Source: Bacteroidales bacterium (GTDB lineage Bacteria > Bacteroidota > Bacteroidia > Bacteroidales > UBA7960). Taken from it: a stretch of DNA of 60,684 nt. The position numbers were made by a program, and so were the translations under genes. Under the pieces are notes generated by a model. It was not told the DNA's origin and ran no database searches. It saw only the letters and a list, made by a program, of their open reading frames with translations. Each line of letters opens with the position of its first letter. The first letter of the stretch is position 1. Positions 1-9,565 of the stretch are shown piece by piece. The stretch is from assembly GCA_019429055.1 (NCBI GenBank), contig JAHYJP010000001.1, positions 1 through 60,684 on the forward strand, written 5' to 3'.

Positions 1-147
1 GTTAAAACGGGATAAAGATGAGAAAAAAAAGAAACCTTTCTTTAAGTGTATCTGGGAATTATTCGGGTAGTTATTGCATGAAAGCAACTTTAAGCATCCA
101 ATAAATGGAGTAATTATCAAAAAGCTTAACTCAGTTTTCTGGCAGGT

Positions 148-1053
148 TTATAAATCCTTCGGAACATTAGCTGCATTATCCGATTTTTTTACCTTCAAAA
201 ACAGATTGATTTTAAGCGGCTCGCTGAATATTTCTATGTTTTCAGGAGGAATACCGGCTTCAATGGCAAAATTTATCAACTGCTCTTCAGTTCGGTGATA
301 AAGATACCAGTCGCCCAGTACTTCCATTATTTTTCTTGATGGATTGGATGTATTGAAATTACCTATAATCATTTCTCCCTGATCATTTAGGCTACAAGAG
401 AACCTTCTAAGGAGTCTCACAAATAGTTTATCCTGAAAATAATCAAACAAACCCGCACTCCAGATAAGATCGTAGGATCCTTCAGGAGAAAACCTCAATA
501 CATTTTTATTGTGGAAGGTAATGTAATCCATGTATTTATAATTTTTTGCTTCAGCATGTTCAATGGCTCTCTGATCAAAATCAACAAGATCAAAATAGAT
601 CTTATTATCAGTAACTGATTCAAAATATTCATTCACCTCTGTAGCAGGTCCGCTGCCCAGGATAAGAACTTTTGTACGTGCTTTTTGGGTTTTCCGATTT
701 AGGCTTTTCAGCAGGCTAACGGCCATACCTTTTCTGTTAACGACAGCACTTACCGCGGGTAACCAATGAAAAAACTCATCCCACTTAAATAACTCAGGAT
801 TTAAGCTTTTATGGGATGTGTACATTTTTTCAATAATCTGATAGTCACCGCTATACCCCAAAGGTTTAATAAAAGAATGACCCATAAGGGTATCGGATTT
901 AAGAATGGGTTCAAGCATATCTCTGAACTGCTCTATATCATCCTCTTTTGATAAATCCTCGAAGATCTTAATTATATCCTTAAATTCTTCAGAGTGGGGT
1001 CCTTTTTGAGATAGGATTTTTTTTAATTTGATAACCATGCTACTGTAAGACAT
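148..1053 (-). CDS. class I SAM-dependent methyltransferase with N-terminal helical extension
   Basis: ORF 148..1062 starts at a TTG; the first ATG is at 1053. SAM-binding motif I is VLILGSGPATE, followed by the acidic DLVDFD and IWSAGLFDY motifs. The N-terminal ~110 aa carry KPLGYSGDYQIIEKMY. The start lies 24 nt downstream of the hybrid kinase stop on the same strand. Confidence 0.7.
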   Translation of the reverse strand: MSYSSMVIKLKKILSQKGPHSEEFKDIIKIFEDLSKEDDIEQFRDMLEPILKSDTLMGHSFIKPLGYSGDYQIIEKMYTSHKSLNPELFKWDEFFHWLPAVSAVVNRKGMAVSLLKSLNRKTQKARTKVLILGSGPATEVNEYFESVTDNKIYFDLVDFDQRAIEHAEAKNYKYMDYITFHNKNVLRFSPEGSYDLIWSAGLFDYFQDKLFVRLLRRFSCSLNDQGEMIIGNFNTSNPSRKIMEVLGDWYLYHRTEEQLINFAIEAGIPPENIEIFSEPLKINLFLKVKKSDNAANVPKDL

Positions 1054-1077
1054 AACTTTCAATTGAGTAATATTAAG

Positions 1078-3264
1078 TTATCGTGGAATTGACAGTTTAT
1101 GCAAAAGTAACATAAAATCTTCTTTTTTTACAGGCTTGGTTAAATAATCATCTAAACCCTGGTTAATATATTTTTCTCTATCTCCTTCAAAGGCATTGGC
1201 GCTTAATCCAACAACAGGTGGTAAATCATTATGATATTTAGCTTTTAGTTTACGGGTTGCTGTAACACCATCCATTACGGGCATCTGAATATCCATCAAA
1301 ATAAGGTCAAAGTTTCCGGGTTGAAATTTATCAAGTGCTTCCTGCCCGTTTTTTACTAATGTTACCTTGTGACCCAATGATGTGAGCATAATATTGACCA
1401 CTTTCTGATTTACAAGTTTATCTTCTGCATAAAGTATTTTCAGTGGTACTGTTTCCTTTAGTGAAGAATAATTAATACTTTTCTTGGCATCCTCGCGGGA
1501 TACTTTTTCCGCTTTAAAATTGAACCAGAAAGTGCTCCCCTGCCCTTCCACACTCATGACCCCAATATCGCCACCCATAAGGTCTGAAAGTTCCTTTGCT
1601 ATGGATAACCCCAGACCGGTTCCTTCAGAATACTGGTTTTCGGCACCATCCAACTGGCTAAATGGCTTAAAAAGCTTGCTGATTTTTTCCGGTTGAATGC
1701 CCTCGCCGGTGTCAGTTACTTCAACTCGCAACAAAAGTGCACCGTCGGCAAGCCACTTCTCGGGAATAGTCTGAAGATCTATGGTGCCTTCTTTGGTAAA
1801 TTTTATGGCATTATTTAACAAATTGTTTATAATTTGAGCAACCCGGTGATCGTCAGCTTTTATGTATTCCGGAATCTGCGGATCTATATAAACATTCAGA
1901 CTCACTCCCGGAGGACAAAGAGTTTCGTAAAGTTTCCGGGCATTATTTATTAATTCATAAAAATTAAATCCCCTGGTTTTGATACTTACCCTTCCGGCTT
2001 CAATTTTTGAATAATCCAGGATTTGATTTATGATTTCCCGGAGATTTTCGCTGGTAAGTTTCAGCGTACTGAAATATTCTTTTTGCTCTTTGTTTAGCCG
2101 GGTTTGCGATAAAATATCGATCATCCCGATGATACCCGTAAGCGGTGTTCTGATTTCATGACTCATATTGGCAAGGAATTTCTGTTTAAAATTTACAGAT
2201 TCCCGGGCAACAGCAATTTGTTTTTCGAGTTTTTGTTTTTCGATAAACTCGCTGCGGTCCTCCACAAGGCCTATTCCACCGATGGTCTGGTTCATTTCCC
2301 TTTTGATGGGCGCAAAAAGAATACGCACGGGGTTTGCTTTCCCTTTCCCCTTGGGTTTATATTTTCCTTCGAATGAGGCTTTGTTTCCCTTTAAAACTCT
2401 TTCTACAGCATCAGTAATTCTCTTATCCGATAACTCTTTCAGATGCATACCTTCGAGCAGAATTCTGGGCCTTCCGATAATATTGGCAAAATGATCATTA
2501 CATTCGGTTATTACCCACCTGTCGTTAAAGTGAAATACACCGAGGGGTGATCTCTCAAAGATCAACCGATATTTTTCTTCATTTTCCTTCAACTCACGGG
2601 TTCTGGATTCTACAGCTGACTCAAGGGTCTGGTTAATATTCTCAAGGTCCCTTTGCTTCTGATCAAGCTGGCGTGAAAGATAAAAGTTTCTTCGCCCTGA
2701 AACCTCAAAATAGTAGGATCCGAACATTCCAATCAGGTTGGCTGATGCATAAAAGAAATTATATGCCAAAAAAATCTGTTGATCCACATCAGCAAAAAAA
2801 TACATCAGCAGGTTAAACATGATAAGATTCAGCCACCCTCCGATGGATGCCCAAATAAACCGGAGTCTGCTGAAAAAGTATCCTACCATAAAAATCAACA
2901 TTAACCCTCCGTAATATGACCAGTTTTCCGGGCTTAATGCAATCATTAGTGCAATACCAACTCCCGTAACCAGGAAAGCCATAAAAAGCAGAAACTGCCA
3001 GAAACGATAAAAAAACTTATGGAAGGATAATAATATGAAAAGCAGTAAAAAAGGAACAACTATTCCGATTCTGAGAATGAGGAAGGTACGAAGATGATCA
3101 GAAACAAATATGAAGTCCAGAACCCCAAACAAGGCATATAAAAATGCAGCCAATAATACGGCTACCCTGGTAACAGGTAAAGAGTCTTTGAAAAAAACTC
3201 TTTTGTAAAGCGCTTCTTCCCTTTTATCAGGAAACTCAAGTGTTATTTTTTTAAGTTTTACCAT
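1078..3264 (-). CDS. hybrid sensor histidine kinase/response regulator (multi-TM sensor, PAS, HisKA, HATPase, receiver)
   Basis: ORF 1078..3309 begins with TTG; the first ATG is at 3264. The N-terminal ~200 aa hold at least six hydrophobic helices, followed by a coiled coil and a PAS-like segment (SPLGVFHFNDRWVITECNDHF). H-box is MSHEIRTPLTGIIG, N-box is NLLNNAIKFT, G-boxes are DTGEGI and GTGLGLSI. The C-terminal receiver has ILYAEDKLVNQ...DLILMDIQMPVMDG...LTKP. Confidence 0.9.
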   Translation of the reverse strand: MVKLKKITLEFPDKREEALYKRVFFKDSLPVTRVAVLLAAFLYALFGVLDFIFVSDHLRTFLILRIGIVVPFLLLFILLSFHKFFYRFWQFLLFMAFLVTGVGIALMIALSPENWSYYGGLMLIFMVGYFFSRLRFIWASIGGWLNLIMFNLLMYFFADVDQQIFLAYNFFYASANLIGMFGSYYFEVSGRRNFYLSRQLDQKQRDLENINQTLESAVESRTRELKENEEKYRLIFERSPLGVFHFNDRWVITECNDHFANIIGRPRILLEGMHLKELSDKRITDAVERVLKGNKASFEGKYKPKGKGKANPVRILFAPIKREMNQTIGGIGLVEDRSEFIEKQKLEKQIAVARESVNFKQKFLANMSHEIRTPLTGIIGMIDILSQTRLNKEQKEYFSTLKLTSENLREIINQILDYSKIEAGRVSIKTRGFNFYELINNARKLYETLCPPGVSLNVYIDPQIPEYIKADDHRVAQIINNLLNNAIKFTKEGTIDLQTIPEKWLADGALLLRVEVTDTGEGIQPEKISKLFKPFSQLDGAENQYSEGTGLGLSIAKELSDLMGGDIGVMSVEGQGSTFWFNFKAEKVSREDAKKSINYSSLKETVPLKILYAEDKLVNQKVVNIMLTSLGHKVTLVKNGQEALDKFQPGNFDLILMDIQMPVMDGVTATRKLKAKYHNDLPPVVGLSANAFEGDREKYINQGLDDYLTKPVKKEDFMLLLHKLSIPR

Positions 3265-3549
3265 ACTATTTAAAAGAGTTTCAAATTTATTTCTTTTTAT
3301 CCAAAACAATGGTTTTTCAATGGTATAACTTCATACCCGATGCATTCACACTTCATTAGTTTAACTTATATTTTAAAACCAAATTGCAGTTTTTTAATTC
3401 AAAAAGTGTATTTTCCCTGTCAATTGCCAGTTAAAAACACTTTGGTGCTTTGGGGAGAATTGTTGATAACTTTTATTAGCAAAAGCCTATCTGCAGGTCA
3501 TTAAGAGAACCTGCAACAGGGATAAAAGCTTTACTCCCCTTTCACCTGA

Positions 3550-6024
3550 TTAAAATGCTACAATAAGGTTAAGTTTTACCGTGATATTATCTGAATGTTT
3601 ATTAAAACGGTACGGTCCATACCTGTAAAGGACTTCTACACCGGGGCTGAATCCGAAAATCAGATTCCTGACCCATCGCTGAGGCAAAATCTTATTAACT
3701 GCTAATCCTGACTCAAAATATCCTTTCTCCCAGCTTTGAAAACCTTGGTAAATATGGTTATTGCTATTTCTGAGGCTTCCCCAGCCCAGGTTGCTGATCA
3801 GAACCACCTCAGGTTGCCATGTTGGAGTGCGAAAAAGTAAACTCCGGAAGTTATGCTGAAAAAAGAGAGCAAAATAGCGGTCGGCCATAAATTCATTCAT
3901 ATTCATGGTGCCAAAGTTAAAGGGCGAGGCCAGCCAGCCCCTGCGATCGGCGGCACTGGCAGTAAAAAGAAGTGGCCAGGGTATATCGGTCCTGTTAACC
4001 CAGCCGGCTTCAAAAATCCAGTTCTGCACGCCCAGCAAGGGTAAAGGATAGCTCATGGAAAGCCTGCTTTCCAGCTTTAAATAATCATACTCACCTCTGC
4101 CTGCATTATCAAATCCTTTGATAACATTGAAGTTAAAAACCGGATAGCGTGAAGGCAGATGCATTACCCGCAGGGGCGTATTCATCAATACTTCTCCATA
4201 CGCAAACCGAAGTTTCAAAGCTGCTTCCGAATAACGAAACTGGCTGAAGCCAATCTCAGAATCAGATGGCCTGAAAAAATATATATCATTCCACCAGGTT
4301 TTTCCTGTTGCCCCTGATAATTCTCCCTGAATGAAGTTCTTCCATAATCTGAATTTAAGGTAAATTTTGTACTGCCGGTCAAGATCTCTGGTATTGGAGT
4401 AATAATTCAACAGAAGATTATTGACCATTGAAAAGCTTCTGTCATAAAACTCTGAGGCTCCCCGCTCAGTTACATCAAGGCTAAAAGCTCCGCCTAATCT
4501 CAGATCATTGGCTTTATGAAGCACCAGTTCGCCAAAATAACCATACTTAGTTTGCTTGTCGCGGCTACCCCAGGCGTAATATCCACCAAGTGCTATTCTT
4601 GAAGAGAAACGCCTGTTGGATTTTAGTCCAAGCCCGATGCGATGACCTTCATAGCTGTTGATACGGTATACATCATTTAAAACCAGGTTAACCTTACCCA
4701 TGGGCAGTTCACCAAAAATCAGTGGCTCCACCGTGTTAAGAATTCTTTCGAAGTTATGCTCCATCCCAAGGCTATCCATAAACTGATAGGTATTTCGTTC
4801 TATTACAGAAAGCGTATCTGAACGGAACACTTCCCAGTGCTGCCGGGGCACTTCATTGGCACGGGGATCAAAATCAACCGAAAAGACCGAAAAATCACTT
4901 CGTGAAAGCGAGGGATTTATGGCAATATCAGCAATGTAGCTTCTGCCAAGTATCCGGATGGGAACGAACCCGGATGAAGCACCACTGACAGGTTCAGTCA
5001 TTTCAATATCGGTATTGAGTTGCACCGGAAACCATTGTTCGCCGTCGGGTTTTGCATATTTTTGCTGTATCCGGAAACTCAACCCACCATCAGCATTTTC
5101 CAGCGGCCGTGCAATTACATTTTGCACGGCCCATCCATCAGTATGAATGTAAAGCAAACCCTGCAACCCGTCAAAATTGGTGTTTGCCCGGGGCCGGTAG
5201 CTGATCACAAAGACAGAATCCCTTCCCTGGTAAAGGGTATCTTCAAGATGGTAAAAATAGCGATTGAAGGCAGCGCGGTTCAGCGGACTCAGATAATTAC
5301 TTCCCAGAAGGGTGACATAATTATTGTAAAAAGTGAAAGACTGCAATTCGGTGGCCAGCATGGTAAACAATGGATTCTGCAGCCCGGAAACCCTGTTGGC
5401 AATTACCTTTTCATTGTCAAGATTAGGGTAAAGAAACTTCCTTTCGGTTACCGATTCCATTACAAGCAGATGCCGCTGTTCCATGTTTCGGGCCATACGG
5501 AAAAAAACAGAATCACCCGTTTTTTGCCAGCGATCCATATAGTAATTGCGGTCAACCGTTCCAATGAATTTGTTGTAACTGGTATAGCTGAAAGCATTGA
5601 GTTGCTCCGGATTATTTTTCCTGCGGTTTTCAATGGCATTTAAAATAATGCGATGTGCAGGATTTTCTCCGGGAAATACAAGTACTTCAGCAAGTTCAAC
5701 TGCCCTGCTTTTTAAAGAAATGTTATAAAAAGTGATCTCCGGTTGTGTTTTATAACGTTTTGTTAAATATCCAACATATGAAAGCGTCAATAAGGAATCG
5801 TTTTCCTCCAGCTCCAGCGAAAAATAACCATCAATGTCGGTCATGGTACCTCTTCGGCTGTTTTCGATAAGCACATGAACAAAAGCAAGTGGTTCAGCGG
5901 TTTGTGCATCTGTAACTCGTCCGCGTATCTCTCCTGCAAATGAAGAGAAATGAAATAACCCCAAAAGAAAAGGCAATAAAAACTGAAAGGTCCGGCAAAG
6001 AAATCCTTTAAACAGAATCTTCAT
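3550..6024 (-). CDS. carboxypeptidase-regulatory-like domain / DUF5686-type outer-membrane-associated protein
   Basis: ORF 3550..6048 has a GTG start; ATG at 6024 gives MKILFKGFL... with a signal-like N-terminus. CarboxypepD_reg motif is GRVTDAQTAEPLAFVHVLIENSRRGTMTDIDGYFSL. The long C-terminal region is rich in aromatic/beta-strand residues and ends in LIVAF. Confidence 0.7.
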   Translation of the reverse strand: MKILFKGFLCRTFQFLLPFLLGLFHFSSFAGEIRGRVTDAQTAEPLAFVHVLIENSRRGTMTDIDGYFSLELEENDSLLTLSYVGYLTKRYKTQPEITFYNISLKSRAVELAEVLVFPGENPAHRIILNAIENRRKNNPEQLNAFSYTSYNKFIGTVDRNYYMDRWQKTGDSVFFRMARNMEQRHLLVMESVTERKFLYPNLDNEKVIANRVSGLQNPLFTMLATELQSFTFYNNYVTLLGSNYLSPLNRAAFNRYFYHLEDTLYQGRDSVFVISYRPRANTNFDGLQGLLYIHTDGWAVQNVIARPLENADGGLSFRIQQKYAKPDGEQWFPVQLNTDIEMTEPVSGASSGFVPIRILGRSYIADIAINPSLSRSDFSVFSVDFDPRANEVPRQHWEVFRSDTLSVIERNTYQFMDSLGMEHNFERILNTVEPLIFGELPMGKVNLVLNDVYRINSYEGHRIGLGLKSNRRFSSRIALGGYYAWGSRDKQTKYGYFGELVLHKANDLRLGGAFSLDVTERGASEFYDRSFSMVNNLLLNYYSNTRDLDRQYKIYLKFRLWKNFIQGELSGATGKTWWNDIYFFRPSDSEIGFSQFRYSEAALKLRFAYGEVLMNTPLRVMHLPSRYPVFNFNVIKGFDNAGRGEYDYLKLESRLSMSYPLPLLGVQNWIFEAGWVNRTDIPWPLLFTASAADRRGWLASPFNFGTMNMNEFMADRYFALFFQHNFRSLLFRTPTWQPEVVLISNLGWGSLRNSNNHIYQGFQSWEKGYFESGLAVNKILPQRWVRNLIFGFSPGVEVLYRYGPYRFNKHSDNITVKLNLIVAF

Positions 6025-6081
6025 TATCAAAAAGAAAAACAGGCACACTCAATGAATTATCAATCGAATTATTGACCAGGA

Positions 6082-7557
6082 TTAAAACCGGTATCCGATG
6101 GAAAAATATCCGTTGGAATCCAGAATTTTTATTTCATCACTTTTTAAAAGATCAGTAACTGCCCTTCGGCTGGTATAACCCATATAAACTCTGAAAATGT
6201 TTAAACCAACACCAATGGTATAACCCCATTCATCGCGGTTGAAATCATTCTCAAAATCAAGGGTTGTACCGGCACGTTCGCCGGCAAAGGTGTGGCGGTA
6301 ATAAGGTCCTGAAAACACGAACAGCCTGATATCCTGTCCCTGAACTCCAGGGGTACCGAATTGAATATTAAGCGGAACTGTAAGTGAGTGCCGTCGGAAG
6401 TTACCACCATCAATCTGGCTGCCGTTCAAATCGTATAAGGCTTCCAGTTGCAGGCCAAAAAGCTGTGAAAGGGGAACCTGAAAATAAAACCCTGCAGAGA
6501 CATTAAGTAGGGTTTTTGCCTGGAAGAACTCATCGGGATAACGATGAAATCCCGTTCCTGTATTGAGCAGAAACCCCGCAGCAGGTCTTCTTCCTGCAAA
6601 AGTACTCTCCTGTAAAACGGAAGCTATAAGTGAAGCAGATTGCCGGAGTTCACTCTCATGGCTAAGCACCTTCAGAAAATCTTTCATGAAAAGATGAATC
6701 GTTTCCATTCCGTCATAATCAAGCAAGTGGTATTGGTCTTCGGGTTTGTGATAGGGTGATTTCTGACCCGTGTAAACATGAACAGCCGGTATTCCTGCAC
6801 TCCCGAAGGGTTGTGTATCTGTACGTCCTTCTATATTCTCGCCAGTCTGGCGCAGGATCATTTCATGTCTTTGGGCAACAACTGCTGCTAATTCATCTCC
6901 CTTATCAAGCGATGCCATACCCCGCAAATGCAAACCCCGGTTAGTTTCATACATTCCCACCATATCAAAACTGAACATAAGTTTTATATTTTCAAGTGGT
7001 ACCGGGCTGTTGTCAACAAAATGATTTGAACCGATCAGTCCGCTTTCTTCGGCATCAAAAGCAACAATGAGCAGGCTTCTTCCCATTAGGTCAGAATTTT
7101 GTGCAAAATATCTTCCCAGTTCAATAATGGCAGCCACGCCTGAAGCATTATCATCGGCACCAAAAAAAATGCGCTTCTCGTCATTACGTATATCGTATCC
7201 CAGGTGGTCATAATGAGCTCCAATGAGAATAAATTCATCCTTAAGCACCGGGTCGTTTCCTTCAACCAAACCTACGATATTAGAAGCGGGGATCCATGCC
7301 AGGCTTTGTCTGAAACTGAAGTTTTGCAGGTAATCATCACCAATGGGCTGAATACCTGCGTCCCGAAACTGTCCAACAATATAGTCTCTTGCCTTTTCTG
7401 CACCATCAGTACCAAGACCTCGCCCCTGCAGGGAATCAGACGCAAGAATTTTTACGTGTGTTTGCAAACGTTCCTTAAGGTTATTGTCCTGGGCAGAAAT
7501 GATATTTCCTGTGAAACTAAACAGGAAAAGTATCAGTATATTATTGATTCTAAGCAT
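6082..7557 (-). CDS. M28 family metallopeptidase fused to a C-terminal outer-membrane beta-barrel-like domain
   Basis: M28 zinc-ligand motifs are present: GAHYDHLGY, GADDNASGVAAIIELG, FDAEESGLIGSNHF, SFDMVG. Starting at the second ATG (7557) gives the signal peptide MLRINNILILFLFSFTGNIISAQ. The last ~170 aa show alternating hydrophobic beta-strand patterns and end in GYRF. Confidence 0.8.
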   Translation of the reverse strand: MLRINNILILFLFSFTGNIISAQDNNLKERLQTHVKILASDSLQGRGLGTDGAEKARDYIVGQFRDAGIQPIGDDYLQNFSFRQSLAWIPASNIVGLVEGNDPVLKDEFILIGAHYDHLGYDIRNDEKRIFFGADDNASGVAAIIELGRYFAQNSDLMGRSLLIVAFDAEESGLIGSNHFVDNSPVPLENIKLMFSFDMVGMYETNRGLHLRGMASLDKGDELAAVVAQRHEMILRQTGENIEGRTDTQPFGSAGIPAVHVYTGQKSPYHKPEDQYHLLDYDGMETIHLFMKDFLKVLSHESELRQSASLIASVLQESTFAGRRPAAGFLLNTGTGFHRYPDEFFQAKTLLNVSAGFYFQVPLSQLFGLQLEALYDLNGSQIDGGNFRRHSLTVPLNIQFGTPGVQGQDIRLFVFSGPYYRHTFAGERAGTTLDFENDFNRDEWGYTIGVGLNIFRVYMGYTSRRAVTDLLKSDEIKILDSNGYFSIGYRF

Positions 7558-7717
7558 TGTAAGGTTTTTATTGGTTAACAGGCAACTTTGATTCATTTGT
7601 CGGGGTCAGATACAAATTATTACATAAACTCCGCTCCGTTATTTTTGTTGCCGGATGGTAAAAATAATGCGAACCTTGTCAATAAGCAAATCTTATTAAA
7701 AAACGGGCCTTTTATCC

Positions 7718-7725
7718 TACATTTG
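7718..7725 (+). promoter_or_regulatory. Bacteroidota -7 promoter box TACATTTG (TAnnTTTG)
   Basis: Exact match to the TAnnTTTG consensus, 28 nt upstream of the ATG at 7753. This supports the shorter start for the kinase gene. Confidence 0.45.
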
Positions 7726-7752
7726 TATTTAAGATTAAAAGCACTCAGGATT

Positions 7753-8676
7753 ATGGCAATGAAAGTGTATGCAATTGGCGAAACTTTGCTGGATATTATT
7801 TTTGAAGAACATCAGGTTAAAGCAGCCAAGCCGGGTGGCTCTATGCTTAACAGCGCTGTTTCATTAGGCCGGGCAGGTATGGATGTATCGCTGATTACGG
7901 AATTCGGGCATGATCAAACCGGCAACCTTATTCTTCGGTTTCTGGAAAAAAATCATGTTCAAACCCGGAATATTCATCTGTACAAAAACGGGAAAACCCC
8001 ACTGGCCATGGCTTTTCTCAACGAAAAAGGCGACGCCACCTACGATTTTTACAAACCCTACCCCAAAGAACGATTGCAGGTAAAAATTCCCGATTTCACT
8101 AATAATGATATTTTACTTTTTGGATCCTATTTTGGCATTGACCCCAGAGTAAGGGAAAAACTGCTCGTGATCGTTAAAGCGGCACAAAAAGCAGGAAGTA
8201 TGATCGTTTACGATCCCAACTTCCGAAAACCTCATGCCCATGAGCTTGAAAAACTCAGACCTTATATTCTGGAAAACATGCAATTAGCCCACATAATAAG
8301 GGCCAGCCATGAGGATGTGAAAATTATTTTTGATAAAGATACCATTCAGGATTTTCAAAATGCCATTCAGGGCCGGAGTAAAATCCTGATCATGACCAGC
8401 AGCTCCGAAAAAGTTGAACTGCTTGGCAATGACCTGGATGAGGTTTATCCTGTTCCCGAAATCAAGGTAGTAAGCTCCATAGGAGCCGGCGACAATTTTA
8501 ATGCAGGATTGATTTACGGTCTGATCAAAAAAGGGGTTACTATATCCAGCCTGAACCAACAATCACAGGAAACATGGAAAGAGATCATTTCACTGGGAAT
8601 GAGCTTTTCGGCTGATGTGTGTATGGGAATGGAAAATTATATTTCGGAGGGTTTTGCCAGTAGGATGGAACGCTGA
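7753..8676 (+). CDS. PfkB-family carbohydrate kinase (fructokinase-like)
   Basis: ORF 7588..8676 begins at a TTG; ATG at 7753 gives MAMKVYAIGETLLDIIF. PfkB motif 1 is GGSMLNSAVSLGRAG and motif 2 is SIGAGDNFNAG. Confidence 0.85.
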   Translation: MAMKVYAIGETLLDIIFEEHQVKAAKPGGSMLNSAVSLGRAGMDVSLITEFGHDQTGNLILRFLEKNHVQTRNIHLYKNGKTPLAMAFLNEKGDATYDFYKPYPKERLQVKIPDFTNNDILLFGSYFGIDPRVREKLLVIVKAAQKAGSMIVYDPNFRKPHAHELEKLRPYILENMQLAHIIRASHEDVKIIFDKDTIQDFQNAIQGRSKILIMTSSSEKVELLGNDLDEVYPVPEIKVVSSIGAGDNFNAGLIYGLIKKGVTISSLNQQSQETWKEIISLGMSFSADVCMGMENYISEGFASRMER

Positions 8677-8745
8677 TGGCGCTGATCGTTATGATTTATT
8701 AAGATTTTTTATTGATTTCCGGATGTATATCAAAGTTTTGTGTTA

Positions 8746-9366
8746 TTAATATTTCCGGGCTGCCATAAAAAAAAGGGGAAATTCTTTAGAACTTCCATCT
8801 TCAAACTTTTTGGTTAATTTGAAAAATCTGCGGTAATCTGTTTCCCGGAAACCCTTATCCTCTAATTTCAGCTTTAGTCTTTCCCTTTCGAAACCATGAT
8901 GACCTTTAAAATCATGGGAATGATCATGAAAGCTGCCGTCTTCCTTTTCCAGATCGCCAATGAAAAGAAGCCCTCCGGGTTTAAGCAGCCGGTTGAAAAT
9001 ATGAAGTATCCCGTCCAGATCTTCAATATGGTGAAGTGTCATAAGGGTATAAATCACATCCAACCGGGGTAACTCAATACCATCTTTCAACACATCTTTA
9101 TGCACCGGTATCATGTTTTTCATGCCTTTTTCCTTGATGTTTTCCCTGAGTACATCAATCATACCGGCAGAGCTGTCCACCATATAAATGGTTTTAAAAT
9201 GCCCTGAAAGAAATAAACTAACCTGCCCTGTACCGCATCCAAATTCCATGGCTATCCCATCACTAAAATCCGGCAGCGATGCAATTATTTCATCTGCATA
9301 AGTTTTTGCTCTTTCAATTTTTACAGGATCTTTATCCCAGGTCTTTGCCTTGCTGTCAAACTCCAT
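8746..9366 (-). CDS. class I SAM-dependent methyltransferase
   Basis: Motif I is AMEFGCGTGQVSLFL and the post-I acidic residue is in YMVDSS. LKPGGLLFIGDL is also present. Length is 206 aa. Confidence 0.8.
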   Translation of the reverse strand: MEFDSKAKTWDKDPVKIERAKTYADEIIASLPDFSDGIAMEFGCGTGQVSLFLSGHFKTIYMVDSSAGMIDVLRENIKEKGMKNMIPVHKDVLKDGIELPRLDVIYTLMTLHHIEDLDGILHIFNRLLKPGGLLFIGDLEKEDGSFHDHSHDFKGHHGFERERLKLKLEDKGFRETDYRRFFKLTKKFEDGSSKEFPLFFMAARKY

Positions 9367-9531
9367 AACTATTTTTTTATTTTGTTGGTTTGTATGATTA
9401 TCTCAGTTTTTCATTTCAAAACATAGACTCAGAAAATCGCAGGTTTCTCAAAGTACATGATTATCTAATCTTTATAAATCCACTTATAAATCTTTAACAA
9501 TATCAATAAAACACAAAAGACCCCGTTTTGT

Positions 9532-9539
9532 TAATTTTG
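9532..9539 (+). promoter_or_regulatory. Bacteroidota -7 promoter box TAATTTTG
   Basis: TAnnTTTG match 27 nt upstream of the ATG at 9566, in a divergent intergenic region. Confidence 0.4.
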
Positions 9540-9565
9540 TACATAATCTACTATATATCAATGTT

